Below are positions 51,263-64,000 of a stretch of 64,000 bases of DNA, piece by piece. Below the pieces are notes generated by a model. It searched no databases, had not been told where the DNA came from, and worked only from the letters and a program-made list of their open reading frames with translations. The stretch spans positions 3,113,230 to 3,177,229 of the forward strand of contig JBNZDD010013626.1 of NCBI GenBank assembly GCA_050575255.1, read 5' to 3'. Numbering within the stretch: the stretch's first letter is position 1; each line of letters begins with the position of its first letter. Both the position numbers and the translations under genes were made by a program. The DNA comes from Harriotta raleighana. Taxonomy: Eukaryota.

Positions 51263-52433
51263 TGGGTGCTGGTCACTCACACTAGATACAATCCCTTTTG
51301 AAAGGATCTGGAGCTTTACAATCACTTTTCATAGTTGTTTGCGGGATATTTCTGTGCAAAAATTGGCTGCTGCGTTTGCCCACACACCCACTCAGTCACT
51401 ACACTTTAAGGTAAAATCTAGCTAAGTGCTTTGAGGTACCCTCCCAACATTAAAGTCCTATATATTAACCCTATGTATTATTATTAACGATAATAATATT
51501 GTTCAACGGCAGTGCAGGCACTGGACTTGCAGCAAGATTGTAGCCTTGCGCTGAGCGGAATCGTTCACAGCAAAACGCGGCCTTCAACACACCAATCGGT
51601 GTGTTTACTTCCCACTCAGTATCATCCCCTTCATCAGAAAACATCTTCAGGTCAGGGCAAAGGGTATAAAGGAGAAGCTGCATAAATAAGCAGGCAATTC
51701 GCTTCATATTTTATGATTATTTCTCCTGTTTAATTGCCAGTCATGGAGCTCTGTATGCTCTCTATGCCAGCCATAAAATAAGTTGTTACACGACAGTCTT
51801 TCCAGCCATTGTGCAACCGTAATTTGCTCCATAAAAAAAAACTGAAACGGCCTCTGATCAATGCCTCTTTGGCAAAATACCGAATTGGTGGTCACAGCAA
51901 TAAATTTCCCAAGGTCCTGGTTTAGAGCAACTAAGAGATGTCTCCGTGTTTCACTTCTCTGTCGGATCGATTAACGTAAGTTCATGTGATTGTGAACTTA
52001 AGTCCTAGCGAGTGTTAACTCTTTAAAAGGCAGTGGCAACACCTACACATGTGTTACACTCTTTCGCGGTTGATAAAACTCAACTACAACCAATTCTCTC
52101 CCGCTCTCTCTCGGGAATGCCTTCCCAATTTAGGGCCAGCAAAGTTTTCCACGTGTGATGTGTAGAGGAGTTACTAGCGTTGAAATGAGAACCACAGTCC
52201 ACAATTTAGCAATCCCTTGATTTAGCAGCAGCAAGCTGCATTGAGATAGCATCTTTCATGGAGGGCTATGGGGTAGGAGCAGTCACTGCAAAGGCTCACA
52301 CATTTGGAGATGGTGGGTAAATGGGGTGGGGTGGGTGAGGGGAGGGAGGGAGGGAGAGAGATACTGGAAGGCAGCGAGTGCTTGTAAAACCAAACCCTAA
52401 TGAAAGAAGGTCAGACCGGGAGCAGAGAGACAA

Positions 52434-52696
52434 ATAATAATAATAATCCTTGCATTTGATATGGCGCTTTTCACATTTTAGTGACATCTCACAGAATTTA
52501 CTGTAAAGTGAATTGACAGTCGTGGATTGAAAATGACCAATTTTTTTTATTATTGTGGGGTTTTTTTTGGAGGGATTATTATTAGGCATGTGGAGTAACG
52601 AAACTTGCCCAAGATTTCGCCCTGATCTGACTGAATTCGAACACAGGTCTCACGCTTGTAAGGCGAGTGCTTTAACCACTGAGCTACAGGAGCTCC
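52434..52696 (-). mobile_element. tRNA-derived SINE with internal deletions
   Basis: Head ggagctcctgtagctcagtggttaaagcactcgccttacaagcg and tail on the minus strand. Confidence 0.9.
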
Positions 52697-53278
52697 ACAA
52701 CATATATATATATTTGTGTAGATATATACACACACACATACACCAGTGGGGAGAAAATTGGCAAAATAATTGGATACTAAATTTAAAAAAAAGAAAAAGC
52801 ACACTCAAAGTAGCCCCAGGTCAAGCAAGGAGCAGCACTACGCATACCAACAATGTGAGTGTATGCTCCCCAGAACAATCAGTCTGATGTTTTATGATCC
52901 AGAAACATACACGAGTCAAACGGTAAACAGAAACGAAAGATAGAGCGCTGCAACGAGATAGACAGAACAAAAGTAAAGAGGAGAAACAGTCATAAAACTG
53001 TGAGACTAAGGCTATTTTGTCTGCATTACTGTGATACTGTGGTACCTAGCTAGGCTACGCCTCCCACAGAGATAACCCCAGGGGTGAGAAGAGAGGTAAA
53101 TAGCTGTGATGTACTTGACGAGGACTGATGAGGTGCAAGGGGGTTTAGGGGGGCAGGGGGAATGAGGGGGAAAGGAACACGAGACAGGGCGCATCAAGCA
53201 GAGGTGGGGAGGCAGAGACAATAAGCAATGACTGATTCAATCCCTCATCCAAACAGTCAAGATGCAGAAATAATAATA

Positions 53279-53585
53279 GGAGCTCCAGTAGCTCAGTGTT
53301 TAGAGCACTCGTCTTACAAGTGTGAGACCTGTGTTCAAATTCAGGCAGATCAGGGCGAAACCTTGGGCAAGTTTCCTTATAATAATCCTTCCAAAAAAAA
53401 ACCCACAATAATAAAAAAAATTGGTCATTTCAATCCACGACTGTTTGTGGGACACTGTTGTGCACTGCTGCATTTCGCCCACAAATATACAGTCAATTCA
53501 CTTTACAGTATATTCTGTGAAGCGCTTTGAGACATCGATAAGATGTGAAAAATGCTAGATCAAATGAAAGGATTATTATTATTAT
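53279..53585 (+). mobile_element. tRNA-derived SINE, full length
   Basis: ggagctccagtagctcagtgtttagagcactcg...aaatgaaaggattattattattat. Confidence 0.9.
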
Positions 53586-54799
53586 ATAATAATCCTTGCA
53601 TTTGATATAGTGCCTTATCATGTCGTTCAGATGTCTCAAGCACCTCAACCCAATATACCGTAAAGTGAGGTGACTATACTTTGTGGGCGAAATGATTGAA
53701 TCCATAACAGCACAGAAAGAGATCATTTCTGTGATCTCAACCCAAGTGGACAGTAAAGATCCGCAACACTACATACTTAGAAAGAGAAGTGATTTTCTCC
53801 TAGCCAAGACTGGTGGGGTGAGGTAGGGGGTTAGAGGGGAGGTGGGGGTGGGAGGGGAACATGTGAGGGGGAAAAGTACCTGGCCAAACTTGATTTTAGA
53901 AAAAAAGAGACTAGAATTCTCTGGACCTGTCTAAATGTTAATACCTAAATAGCTGAGGTTTCTGAAAGCCCGTTCAGAGTCTTGTTTAGCAACCAGCCGC
54001 AAAACTCCTAACAAGTGGACACAATGATAAAGCAAGAGCACAGGATGGGTCAACAAAAACACTTGGGTTTCTGTCTGCACCCAACAGATATTCACGGAAA
54101 CGATAACAGACATCAATTCAGACTTCGAATGGTGATAACATCATGTTTTTCCATTAAATGAATCACTCCTGGCCCGAGCTACACAGGGGACAGTTTCAGA
54201 ATGAGGCCCTGACTCAAGGTTAGTCAACATTTTTTGACAACTCTCTTATCAACTAAACTTTTGGTCAATAAACGAGAGGCTGGTTTCGTTGATTAGGAGC
54301 GCTCTGGTTACCAAGTCAGGAAAATCCACAGCTTTGTGTATTGAATCCCCTTCAGAGTTTGCTCGCCAATACACCTTAGTTCTGCAGTCAGGAAAGGGGC
54401 AAGGGGTCTGGGACAGTGAATGGTTTCATAGAATGATAGGATATTACAGCACATAAGGAGGCCATTCGTCTCATCTTGTCCCACTCCCTGCTCTTATCCC
54501 AACTCCATAAGCTAATGTTTCCTTTTCAAATATCTTACAACTCAAGCATCTTAAATATGGGCTCTCCAGTCACTGACTCTCTACTGATCAATGATGTAAT
54601 CCGTTTGGTTTGAGATCTGCAAAGGAGGTGGAGGTTCCTACGTCTGACTGAGGCTGGCTGAGAAATTCCACTTAAGTCAGCAAAGGGGGAGAGTTGACCT
54701 TTGATCTGATCTCCTGAGGAGCAGTCAAGCGGTTAAGTCCTTCGGATAATTTTTCCTCCCCCTCAGCACCAAAAATTCCACCTGCTTTCAAAAGAACAC

Positions 54800-55095
54800 C
54801 ACAGCCTGGTTCAGTGGATAGCAACGCGCCTCCAAGCCAGAGCGTTGCGGGTTCAAAGCCCCCAAGTCAGGACTTTGAGCTCCCACTGTCTAGGGCGGGC
54901 TGAGACTCCAGTGCTATGTGGGGGGGTGCAGCGGGGGTTGCATTTTTGGGAGTTGCTGCCCTATGGATGAGATGTTATTTTTGTTAGGTACAAGTAGCGA
55001 GGGATATGGAGAAAAGGCGAGTAATTGGTGTTGAAGTACAGATTAACCATGATCTAATAGAGTGGTGGAACAGGCTCAAGGGATTGAATGGCTCA
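54800..55095 (+). mobile_element. Deu-type SINE 5' part (about 54800-54975) followed by a CR1 tail (about 54990-55095)
   Basis: tRNA-like head gcgggttcaaagccc...gctgccctatggatgagatgtt, then gggatatggagaaaagg...gaatggctcactcctgctcct. Confidence 0.65.
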
Positions 55096-55699
55096 CTCCT
55101 GCTCCTACGTTCTTGTGTACCACGATCTACGCAACCAGTTCTTCACAGTTAATCATGCTGTCACACTTTGAATTAGTCTTTCCTACTAGCCAGCTGCCTC
55201 ACAAGTATGAGGGTGGGGGCAGGGTTAGGGGGTGGGGGAAGGGATTGGAATCGTATTTGATTAATGCAAGGCCATTTAAGTCTGTGTTAAGTGAGTGCAC
55301 GAAACTGACTGGATGTGTCAATTTGAGCCTGGGAAAATTACAGATAACAGGTGTGGGCGAAATTGATGGGAGTTAAAAATGTTTTCATGGCATTGGAACC
55401 CAAATCCGTATTCTGTCAGTGGTTGATAACCTGATAAGGCTACCAAATTTCCCCTCCCCGCCTTCCACCATTTCCTCACCACCTTTAAAGTATAATACCT
55501 CAATTCTTTCCACTCTCAGGTACCGTCACTGTGTAAATAGCAATGTTTCAGACACTGCTGTCGAATTGCAAAACGACTCGAAAAAAACAACCGATCGTCT
55601 GACCGCAGAGTGACTTTCTACAAATCCACACAGTTACTACACTACTGTAACAACTTAGAGAGGATCTATCATTCCCTCCAGAATGTATAGCACGCCAAA

Positions 55700-55895
55700 C
55701 ACAGCAAATTCCCACAAAAAGCTCTGGTGCTAGTGGCCGAATTACGTGGAGGAGTGTGTCAGATCACAGGGAGAAAGTTTCCTCCAATATCAAATAGTGT
55801 TGGAGGATTTTTAACGTCCACCTCAATGGGCAGGCAGGTACCTTAGTTTTACATCTCATCCGAAGGGCAGCACCTCCGACAGCGCTGTGCTCCTC
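55700..55895 (-). mobile_element. Deu-domain-like SINE remnant
   Basis: Reverse complement reads ggaggtgctgcccttcggatgagatgtaaaac...aggtggacgttaaaaatcc. Confidence 0.7.
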
Positions 55896-57924
55896 CAGAA
55901 CGGAAATAACACATAAATACAAAGAGATGGACAGCGCAGAAAGATCCCAAGCCATCGAGGCCACATTGCACTAAAGATCCCAAGGCATCACAGGGAAAGC
56001 AAAGGAAGGTTCTTCCAGTCGCCTAGATGATGCTCCTCAAGGGCTCCATGTGAGCTCAAACTCTCTTGAAACCTTCTGACGCATAGGCAAGAGTGTGAAG
56101 CAACTGAGCTGGGCTGCCTGACCACCGCTGAGCAAAATTTATATCGCTGAGGTTTGTCACTTATGTCACTGAGAGGAAAGTTAAATCTTTCAAAATGAGA
56201 GAAATTTCCACACTGCTGAAACATTAATTGTCCTCCATGTTGACACGCTAACATGCTACAATCACCCTCATCGTGTTTCATTTTGTGCGATCGCACTCCA
56301 GGTTTCATTGAAGGTGGAAACCGCAAACATTACTATTGCCAGTCAAAATCTAGTTGCCATCGAATCTGCATTCACACATGCTCGCTCACACTCACTCACT
56401 CACTCACTCTCACACACACACACGGATTACAATGAAAATTCAGACAATCTGCACAAAAAGAATTCAAAATAATAAGGATCACAGAACTCCCAATTTCACT
56501 CACAGTTTCGCCCACAAATATGCAGTCAATTCACTTTACAGTATATTCTGTGAAATGCCTTTGAGACATCTAGAAGATGTGAAAAGCGCTATATCAAATG
56601 CAAGGTTTATTATTAGTATTATTAGAACTGGGAGTGGGGGTGGGAGAGAGGAAGGAAAATTAAATGTAAAGACTTTAATAAAATCAAACAGGGAATGGTA
56701 AAGAATCCTGCATCTCAGACATGAAACAGTTAACGGGTTCCATTTTTCAAAACTGGAAGCCTTACGCCATTTTTATTGTCCTGTTTGCAACAGGTTAGTC
56801 GTTTGGCAAGGTCGTCTGTAAGGTCACGTCTCCACTGAACTGAAACAGTCCAATTTTGTTCAAGCTGAGGAGGAGGAGGAAAAGATACCGAACCCAAAAA
56901 AATCGATTAAGTGCGCCTTGTATGACTGCATACTTTAGTTTTTGAATTTCAGATCAATTACTCTGGGGTATCAAGGAAGTTTGACAGTGACTAAAACTTT
57001 TTTTTAAATGACTATCATGGAGAGCAGGAGTCAAGAGGCCGGAATCACCTGCCCTGGGTTCCTAGCTATATATACTGACCCGCTCCCTCCCTCCCTCGCC
57101 TCTTTCAAGATCCGTCTCAAGACATACCTCTTTAACTGGTCATCTTTCCTTACCCTTTCCCTTCCCCGCTCCTCCCCCTCCCTCCCCCCTGCAGCCTTTA
57201 AGCACCTTGGGATGTCCTTCTGACCGAAAGGCGCTGTATAAATGTTAATTTGTATTGTGTATGTCTCAGCGGTTGGTTTGGCTGGTAGATTTCTCCACGC
57301 ACACACAAAAAAAGGTTACTACAGAGACTTTCTCAGCCTCGAAACCACAATGCTGGGTTTTGTCTTGTGAAGGATAGGGGGCAATTAGTCAAACAATTCA
57401 ATCTTTTAGTGTAAAACAGTGGGTAACCGGAACTAGTGGCAGCCACCCTCTGCTTCTTGGCTCTTGAGCAACAGTAAGGCTCCTTCGTTGAACTTTTGAC
57501 CCCCCCCACAAACACAACCCCCACCCACACACACCCCCTCCCCAAAATAGCCTGACCTTTGAACAGCCTGTTTGGTCTTGTTAAGCAAGTAGACAAACGC
57601 ACTGGCAGGAATTTACCTGAATTTGTAGTTAATGCAAATTTCTGCTCAGGCACGTCTTATCAATCCCATTTTTTCGGGCCCCCGTAGCTGGCAACATGCA
57701 AAGCGAATGCAACCAAATGAAAGCCATGGAGATTTTGTTAATGAAACACGCCACTGTTGGCGCTCCCTCTAAAATAGGAGCGAAGACTCTGGATTCCTCG
57801 AAACTGACTGTGCTTCAGGAATGCCCGCTATCGGAAGGGTTTACGGTGACCTGGTTTGCATTTCGGGATCGCTGGAAATTAGCTCCTGGTGCTGAGGAAT
57901 GGGAGGGTGGTGGGGAAGTTAATC

Positions 57925-58342
57925 ACAACAACAACAATAAAATTACACATGTACAGTGCCTTTCACGTCAGGAAGACGTCCCAAGGAGCTGGACAGTCAT
58001 TCTGTCAGAAGGGAAGAGGGAGATTAGGAGTTGCTGATGGGACCATCGAAGAGGAGAGTCCTGAGGCAGGACTTTAAGGAGGCCAGGGAGATGGAGAGGC
58101 GGAGGAACTGCGGGATGGAGTTCCAGAGGTTGCGGGCAAAGTGGCTAAAAGCTTGCCTGCCAATGGTGGGGAGGATGGGTCGGGGGACGTGGAGCAGGCC
58201 AGAAGCTGCTGAGCAGAGGGGGCAGGCATGTTGGTAAGGGGTTAGATGGTCACGGATGTAGGGTGGGGCGAGGGCATGGAAGGCTTTAAATGTGAGGACC
58301 GGGGTCTTGAATTGGATCCTCTGGATGATGGGAAGCCAGGAG
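57925..58342 (-). mobile_element. L2-clade LINE 3' end (ORF2 C-terminus, UTR and tail)
   Basis: SWLPIIQRIQFKTPVLTFKAFHALAPPYIRDHLTPY...GRQAFSHFARNLWNSIPQFLRLSISLASLKSCLRTLLFD is a typical L2 ORF2 end. Confidence 0.92.
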
Positions 58343-60344
58343 TCGGGCGAGGATGGATGGATCAAATTTTGTCAAATAATATCAGTCAGTTTTCCAAACA
58401 GCATTCCCATCCAGAACCAGACTCAGGCCATTTCCTTTGCGTTTTATATCTTATGCCGTGCGGAATTCGACAAATCCTTACAATCGATGCATTTTCAAGC
58501 CGCAAGTTCTTAACGACTACCCAAGAGGAAAAAAGGAGGCTTCAAAATTAAGGCTGAACTTAAGAAGCTATTGCACGGAAATTCAGACCATCTAGTCCTT
58601 GCCAGTGTTCGTAACCCACATAAGCCTCCATATTCCCTTCTCCCCTGTGAATTTTCCGAAGTATTACGTACACAGTCACTACACTTGATGGTAAAATCCT
58701 TTGAGGCTCTTTGAGGCATCCTCCACACATGTACAAATGACTATTTTTATAAAGTTTGAACCACCTGAAATAGTAAGGAAATATCTCTTCAACATTACAA
58801 CCAAATAATGTACAAGGTTACTTGGTTAACAGATATTGTTTCTCTTTTCTTATCCCCTGCCATTGTGCCTCAGAGGTCGGGAGAAGATTTGGGTTATGTT
58901 CCTTAGAGCTTCAAGAGTTAAAGAATGATCTGATTAAATATACTGCAGTACAGTAGTTAGACAGGAGAACCAGGCCACTGTTTCACACAGAGAAATTAGA
59001 ATGAAATGACTCAGAAAGAGCCAAGAATAGAGAGGAAAACAGAAGGAAGGTAGATTGGGAGTAGATTCCTTGACATACCTCTGAGCAGCATTGATAGGGG
59101 TCTAGGAGCTAAACGTCCGTCCATCCTGTCGGACAGAGAAGATGTGTGGTCTACAAATGCCCAATAAATGGGTGGGGAGGAAAGCGGGGTGGGGAAGAGA
59201 GAAAAAAATACATTAAAAAAGAAGGAAGCTGGCCCTCAAAGTGAAATGTTACACAAACATTTAGTCGATGCCTTTGTACGGAACTGATTAAAATGCTAGG
59301 TTGCATCCGGAGGTCCGCATTACGCTCTCCTGGACGCTACTCTGCGTTAAGAGCACTATACAAAATACAAGTTGTTGTCGTTGTTGTTCTCTGAGCACAA
59401 GCGCTCTGAGACGGTATCCTGCGAGTGGGGCGAGGTATAAATGCAGATTGTTGTTGTTGTTGTTGATCTCATTGGGAGGTTCTGATTGGAGATGACATCC
59501 CACAGGGTTGGAATCATGAACATAGGGTCGCACTGCACGAGTCACACTTTATGCCCTACATATTGGTGGAGTTTGGGGGGTGTCTGAGAGCTCATCTCTT
59601 TTTAAAGGGCATTGACGCAAACCGTCAGAATAGAATAAGAATTCTGTAATCTGGGGCCAGATAAGAATTATTATGTGAATGTGGGATAAACTGAAGCTTC
59701 TTGCGTTTCCCCATTCTCTTTCTTATTGCTGCTTTTCAGATATTTTTCAGAGTCTTAGTCAAAAACGAACATGGATTCTGCCTCGGCCATTGAAATAAAA
59801 TGCATTCATCCATCACTTAAATATTTATCCTCCCAACAACGTGTGATAACCTCCCCAGACCCTAAGAACCTTTATGAAATGGCTGTGATCTCACAACAAA
59901 GCATTTAAGAGACAAGAGTTTCTCCCAATGTCCTGGCCAACAATCCTCCAGATAAAATTGATCATTAGCTTCTTTGCTATTTGGAGTACAACAACAACAA
60001 CTAGATTTCTATAGCGCCCTTATTGTGCAAATTGACTGGCACGTTCACCTACAAATACACAGTTACAAATACACGATGCAGTAAAAATTGTGCAATGTGG
60101 TTTTAGATGTCCTCCAAATGTGAAAGGCCCTGTATCAAAAGCAAGGATTATTTTTCATCAGAATGAACTTTAGTTTCACTATATCAGAAGTTTTGCTGCT
60201 TTTAGTTTGTGTGTTTGTGCTTTTGCCAGTGAAATTAAGGTTTTAAGGTTGAAGAACTCTCTGTAAGCAAACTCCATCCACCATCACATCAAGCTGTGTT
60301 CTTTAAGGACAGTCCTTGTTGAATACTTGCCTTTTATATATACA

Positions 60345-60642
60345 TAATAATAATCCTTGCATTTGATATAGTGCTTTTCACATCTTATCGACGTCTCAAA
60401 GCACTTCACAGAATATACTGTAACTGACTGTAATTGACTGTATATTTGTGGGCAAAACACGGGAACCAATTACACAAACAGTCGTGGATTGAAATTACCC
60501 ATTACCCATTTTTATTATTGCGGGGTTTTCCTGGACGGATTATTATTAGGGATGTGGAGCAAGAAAACTTGCCCAAGATTTCGCCCTGATCTGCCTGGAT
60601 TCAAACACAGTAAGATGAGTGCTCTAACCACTGAGCTACTCC
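60345..60642 (-). mobile_element. tRNA-derived SINE
   Basis: Reverse complement of family tail, body and head. Confidence 0.9.
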
Positions 60643-63030
60643 ATGAATGATCTATTTGAAATCTTAACGTTCATCTATGATAAGTCTTTGTGTGCAAACT
60701 AAGCCCTATGCATCCAAATAGCAGTGAATATACCTGTTCTGGAACTACTGTACCAATGTACAATGCTCTATAGGCAGAATGGAAAGTTCCCACTGAAAAT
60801 GCCTTGTGTTACTCAAAGACTTGTGCAAATAAAAATATCCGACATCCAATTAATGGGCATCGTACTTTTGTATATAAATCCATCACTTTCTTTCCCCACC
60901 CTAACCACTGTTTCTTTTTGTTATTGAATATTAACCGTATAATAATAATTCTTGCGATTCATATAGCGACTTATCGTGCCTTTGAGACGTCTCAAAGCGC
61001 TTCACAGGATATACTGTTAAGCAAAGTGACTGTATTTTGGAAGTGAAATTATATATAGGAAGCAGCTCAGTCAGATGTTAAATGATCCAAGAACCCCTCT
61101 TGCAACCTGCAGAGAAAATTTAGCATTTGAGGGATTTAAATTAAAATGAATGCAATTAGTTATAGCTTGTGGCGTAACTTACATTTATATGTATATTTTT
61201 GAAAAGATAGAAAAAACTTCAGCCTTGAGTTTAATGTGTAAAGACTCTCTCTGTGTAACTGCATGGCCCTGGGAAAAGGGCGTTAAATGAGTAAGAGTTC
61301 ATTGACTTATTCATGCACTCCCTTGTTCTACGTTATTCATTTCCTGAGCTAATTTCCTCCTTGTTTTTTTCCGAGAGAGCCAATCAATATCAGTATCAAT
61401 TCCCCCACAAACTTGCCTCCGACATGCCTGACCTTTCAGGACTCCTATTCCCCCCCGCATCCCACCATCACTTCCCCACCCCCTTCCACCACCACCATTC
61501 ACAGACTACGGAAAGGAAAGGACCATCATTTCTGGCTGTGAAAAGGACAACTTAGAATATACTGCCACAGCAGCCCATAATCCTTAGATAGATCTTGCTG
61601 GTCAAGTCTGGAGCTGGGGACATAAAGGGATATCGAGAACAACCCTTCGAGGGTAAAGGATAAATGGAACGGGGATACAATTCTACAAACGCTGCCCCCA
61701 TCATATAAAAATTTAAAAAAAGGACACACAAAGGATGTCACGCAGTGACTGAGTACACACTGGAAGGATGGAGGAGATCAAAGGGGAACATGCTCTGGTC
61801 AAAGACCCCGCTTAATTTTCGATTAAGCATGCATAATGGGCACACAATGCCATGACAACACTGACTGCAGGCTATTGCATTATTTTAGTCTGAGTGCCAC
61901 ACTGAAAACAGCTGACTGTGCTGACAATGTGCTTGTAACTGAGTGGCCTATGACACCAAGCATGAGTTGTAACTTGCCTGCGTCAGCAGAACATATCTCT
62001 TTTCCGCCGACCCCCTTCTCCACCCCCTCTCCCCAGAACCCCCCCGCCCCCCGGCCCCCATCCCCCACCCCCCCGCACACCTTCCCCACCCCACCCCACC
62101 CCCGCCCCCCCACTGCTACCACCAAACCTAATACACGGGCAGTGACTTCATGTTGACCTCTGGACAACCTTACTTCTTGTCAGTTTCTATTGTTTGCATC
62201 GGAGGCCTGCTGACTTTCCTGTGTAAATTGCAGGTACAACACAATGCGAATTGTTTCCCAATCTCTCTGCAGATCACAATGAAAATTTGCCCCATCACTC
62301 GCTCAGCTTCTGCACTGTTCATTCACTTGACTCTTTGTTTTCCCTTTTCCCCAATTTTTTTTAGTACAAACGATGTATAAGTGTGGGGGGGTGGAGGGGG
62401 GTTGGAGAGGGAGAAGAGGGGGTTACTTGGTGGGTCGGAAGTGGGAATAATGACTGAAAGCAATGACTGAAAAAAGATGAATCAGAGATGCTCCACCTCA
62501 CCCACTTCCTACTCACTTTCAGCCACTACACCCCCAGCTCTCTGGAACTCTCTTCCCAAATCCTTTCTCTTGCTCTTTCTCTCCCTGCCTTGAAAATCCT
62601 CTTTAAAACTCTTTCCTTCCCTCTGACATTGCCTTCATCTCTTCACTGAAGAAAAACTAGCTCTGTGAAGCGCTTCGAAATAATACTAACAACAATCTTT
62701 ATATTCGATGCAGCACCCACCCTTCACATCAGAATACTTCATAGCCTTTGATAAGGTTTTACTGCAAAACTTAGTGAGTGTGTAGTTTTGTAGTCTCATC
62801 TATATTTGTTCCACGTGAAAGACGCTCTGCTTAAGTAAGCACAAGCTGCCACTACAGTAGTGAAGTGAGTCGCAAACAAACGACGCCATCATCATCATCA
62901 TCATCGTCGTCATCATGACACAAATCACATCTGCTGATAAACGTCACTTATAGGAACAAGCACAGCCGCCAAAGCGGAAGTCTTCACCTCCTGCCAACAG
63001 GGATTAAGAGGGAATGGATGAGAGTCTTAC

Positions 63031-63263
63031 CGTGTTTGCTGGAGGGCGATGTGTTGGGGTGCATGTGGTGTGGGGAGTTGTGTGAAAGCAGGGGGTTCAT
63101 GTTGTGTGGCTGGACGGTGTACGCATCCATGGCCAGTTTTTGGCGGAAAGCCTCTTCCTTCCTTCGGTTGGCGAACCAGTTGTACACTCGGACCTCCGTC
63201 ACCAGATTGGAGCCTAGCCCTTGGGCCTTGGAAGGGGAGACACCTCGTTGGATGCATTCGGCC
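63031..63263 (-). CDS. HNF1B: HNF1B coding exon, equivalent to human exon 4 (end of the atypical homeodomain); upstream exons lie beyond the window
   Basis: Encodes [49 protein letters not shown]...SKHG, the HNF1 homeodomain C-terminus. Acceptor cctag|G, donor CACG|gtaag, 233 bp, phase 2 to 1. Confidence 0.98.
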
Positions 63264-64000
63264 CTAGGACGAGAAAGAGCAATGTTGCCAATGGTTCTGC
63301 CCGACACGACCACGGAGGTTGAGGGAGCATTTAAATCGGCCGCTGTGTTCGCTTACACAATGACAGTCACTACACTTCACAGCACATCCTGTGAAGCACT
63401 TTTTTTTTAGATGTCCTTGTGACGTGAAAGGTCCCATATCAAATGTAAGGATTATGGGCGTGAAAGTGGTTTCGTTGGGGGGCAGCCCCAAATGAGATAG
63501 TGACCCGATCTGTTACTTATGAATCAGGAGATCACCAAGCATCCTCCATTGGCTGGACTCAGCCAGGATTACCTGGGGAGGCTTGGTGACCTTCCCAAGA
63601 TCAGGGAGGGCTGAAACTCCCAGATCTCCTGCTCCTGATCCCTTCAGAACACCCTCTACTGGTTATGTTTGTGTGTGGCAGTTAGGTCAGGCTCAGCTGG
63701 GAGGTCCTCAACAGACAAGTGGCCGGGCCAACAGTCGCTGCCAAGGGCAAAGTAGTGGAGGACAACTGTTTTTTTGCGGAACCATATCTCAACAGGAACA
63801 GCTCAGGGATCCTGCTCACAGCCCCTCTACAGCACCCTCTACTGGCAATATTTCCTAAAATGTTCTTTGCGGGCATCATCGCAAGAAACGCCATATGAAA
63901 CGCCACTAATTTGATATAATTGGGCACGAGAGCTAAGCATAGAGAGGCCCCACATGGGATTTGAAATAGATTGAAATGTGAAATGTGAACATTTTATGCA

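Noticed and set aside
38630-63263. HNF1A rather than HNF1B
   Set aside because: The CPLQAW* terminus, the exon 5-8 sequences and the DDX52 neighbour indicate HNF1B.

Overview
This is vertebrate genomic DNA from a fragmented draft scaffold, with N gaps and single-N contig joins. The repeat content (tRNA-headed SINEs, Deu-domain-like SINE remnants, L2 and CR1 LINEs) suggests a cartilaginous fish, plausibly a chimaera; this is an inference. Two genes are recognisable, both on the minus strand. The 3' half of HNF1B comprises six coding exons equivalent to human exons 4-9, all with GT-AG sites and consistent phases, ending CPLQAW*. About 33 kb downstream is the first coding exon and CpG-island promoter of DDX52, in the same order and orientation as human 17q12. 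About 6.5 kb is near-identical redundant sequence abutting N joins, most likely uncollapsed haplotypes. I found no convincing new protein-coding system. The best leads are non-coding: a nested palindrome at a SINE tail (11742-11829), a local inverted duplication (24969-25655), a perfect 17-bp inverted repeat in the DDX52 promoter, a chimeric SINE with ultra-short L2 partner tails, and RARE/MAF/TCF motif clusters plus a promoter-like patch in HNF1B intron 4. Repeat boundaries are approximate, and repeat-family and homology calls come from recalled consensus sequences, not database searches.
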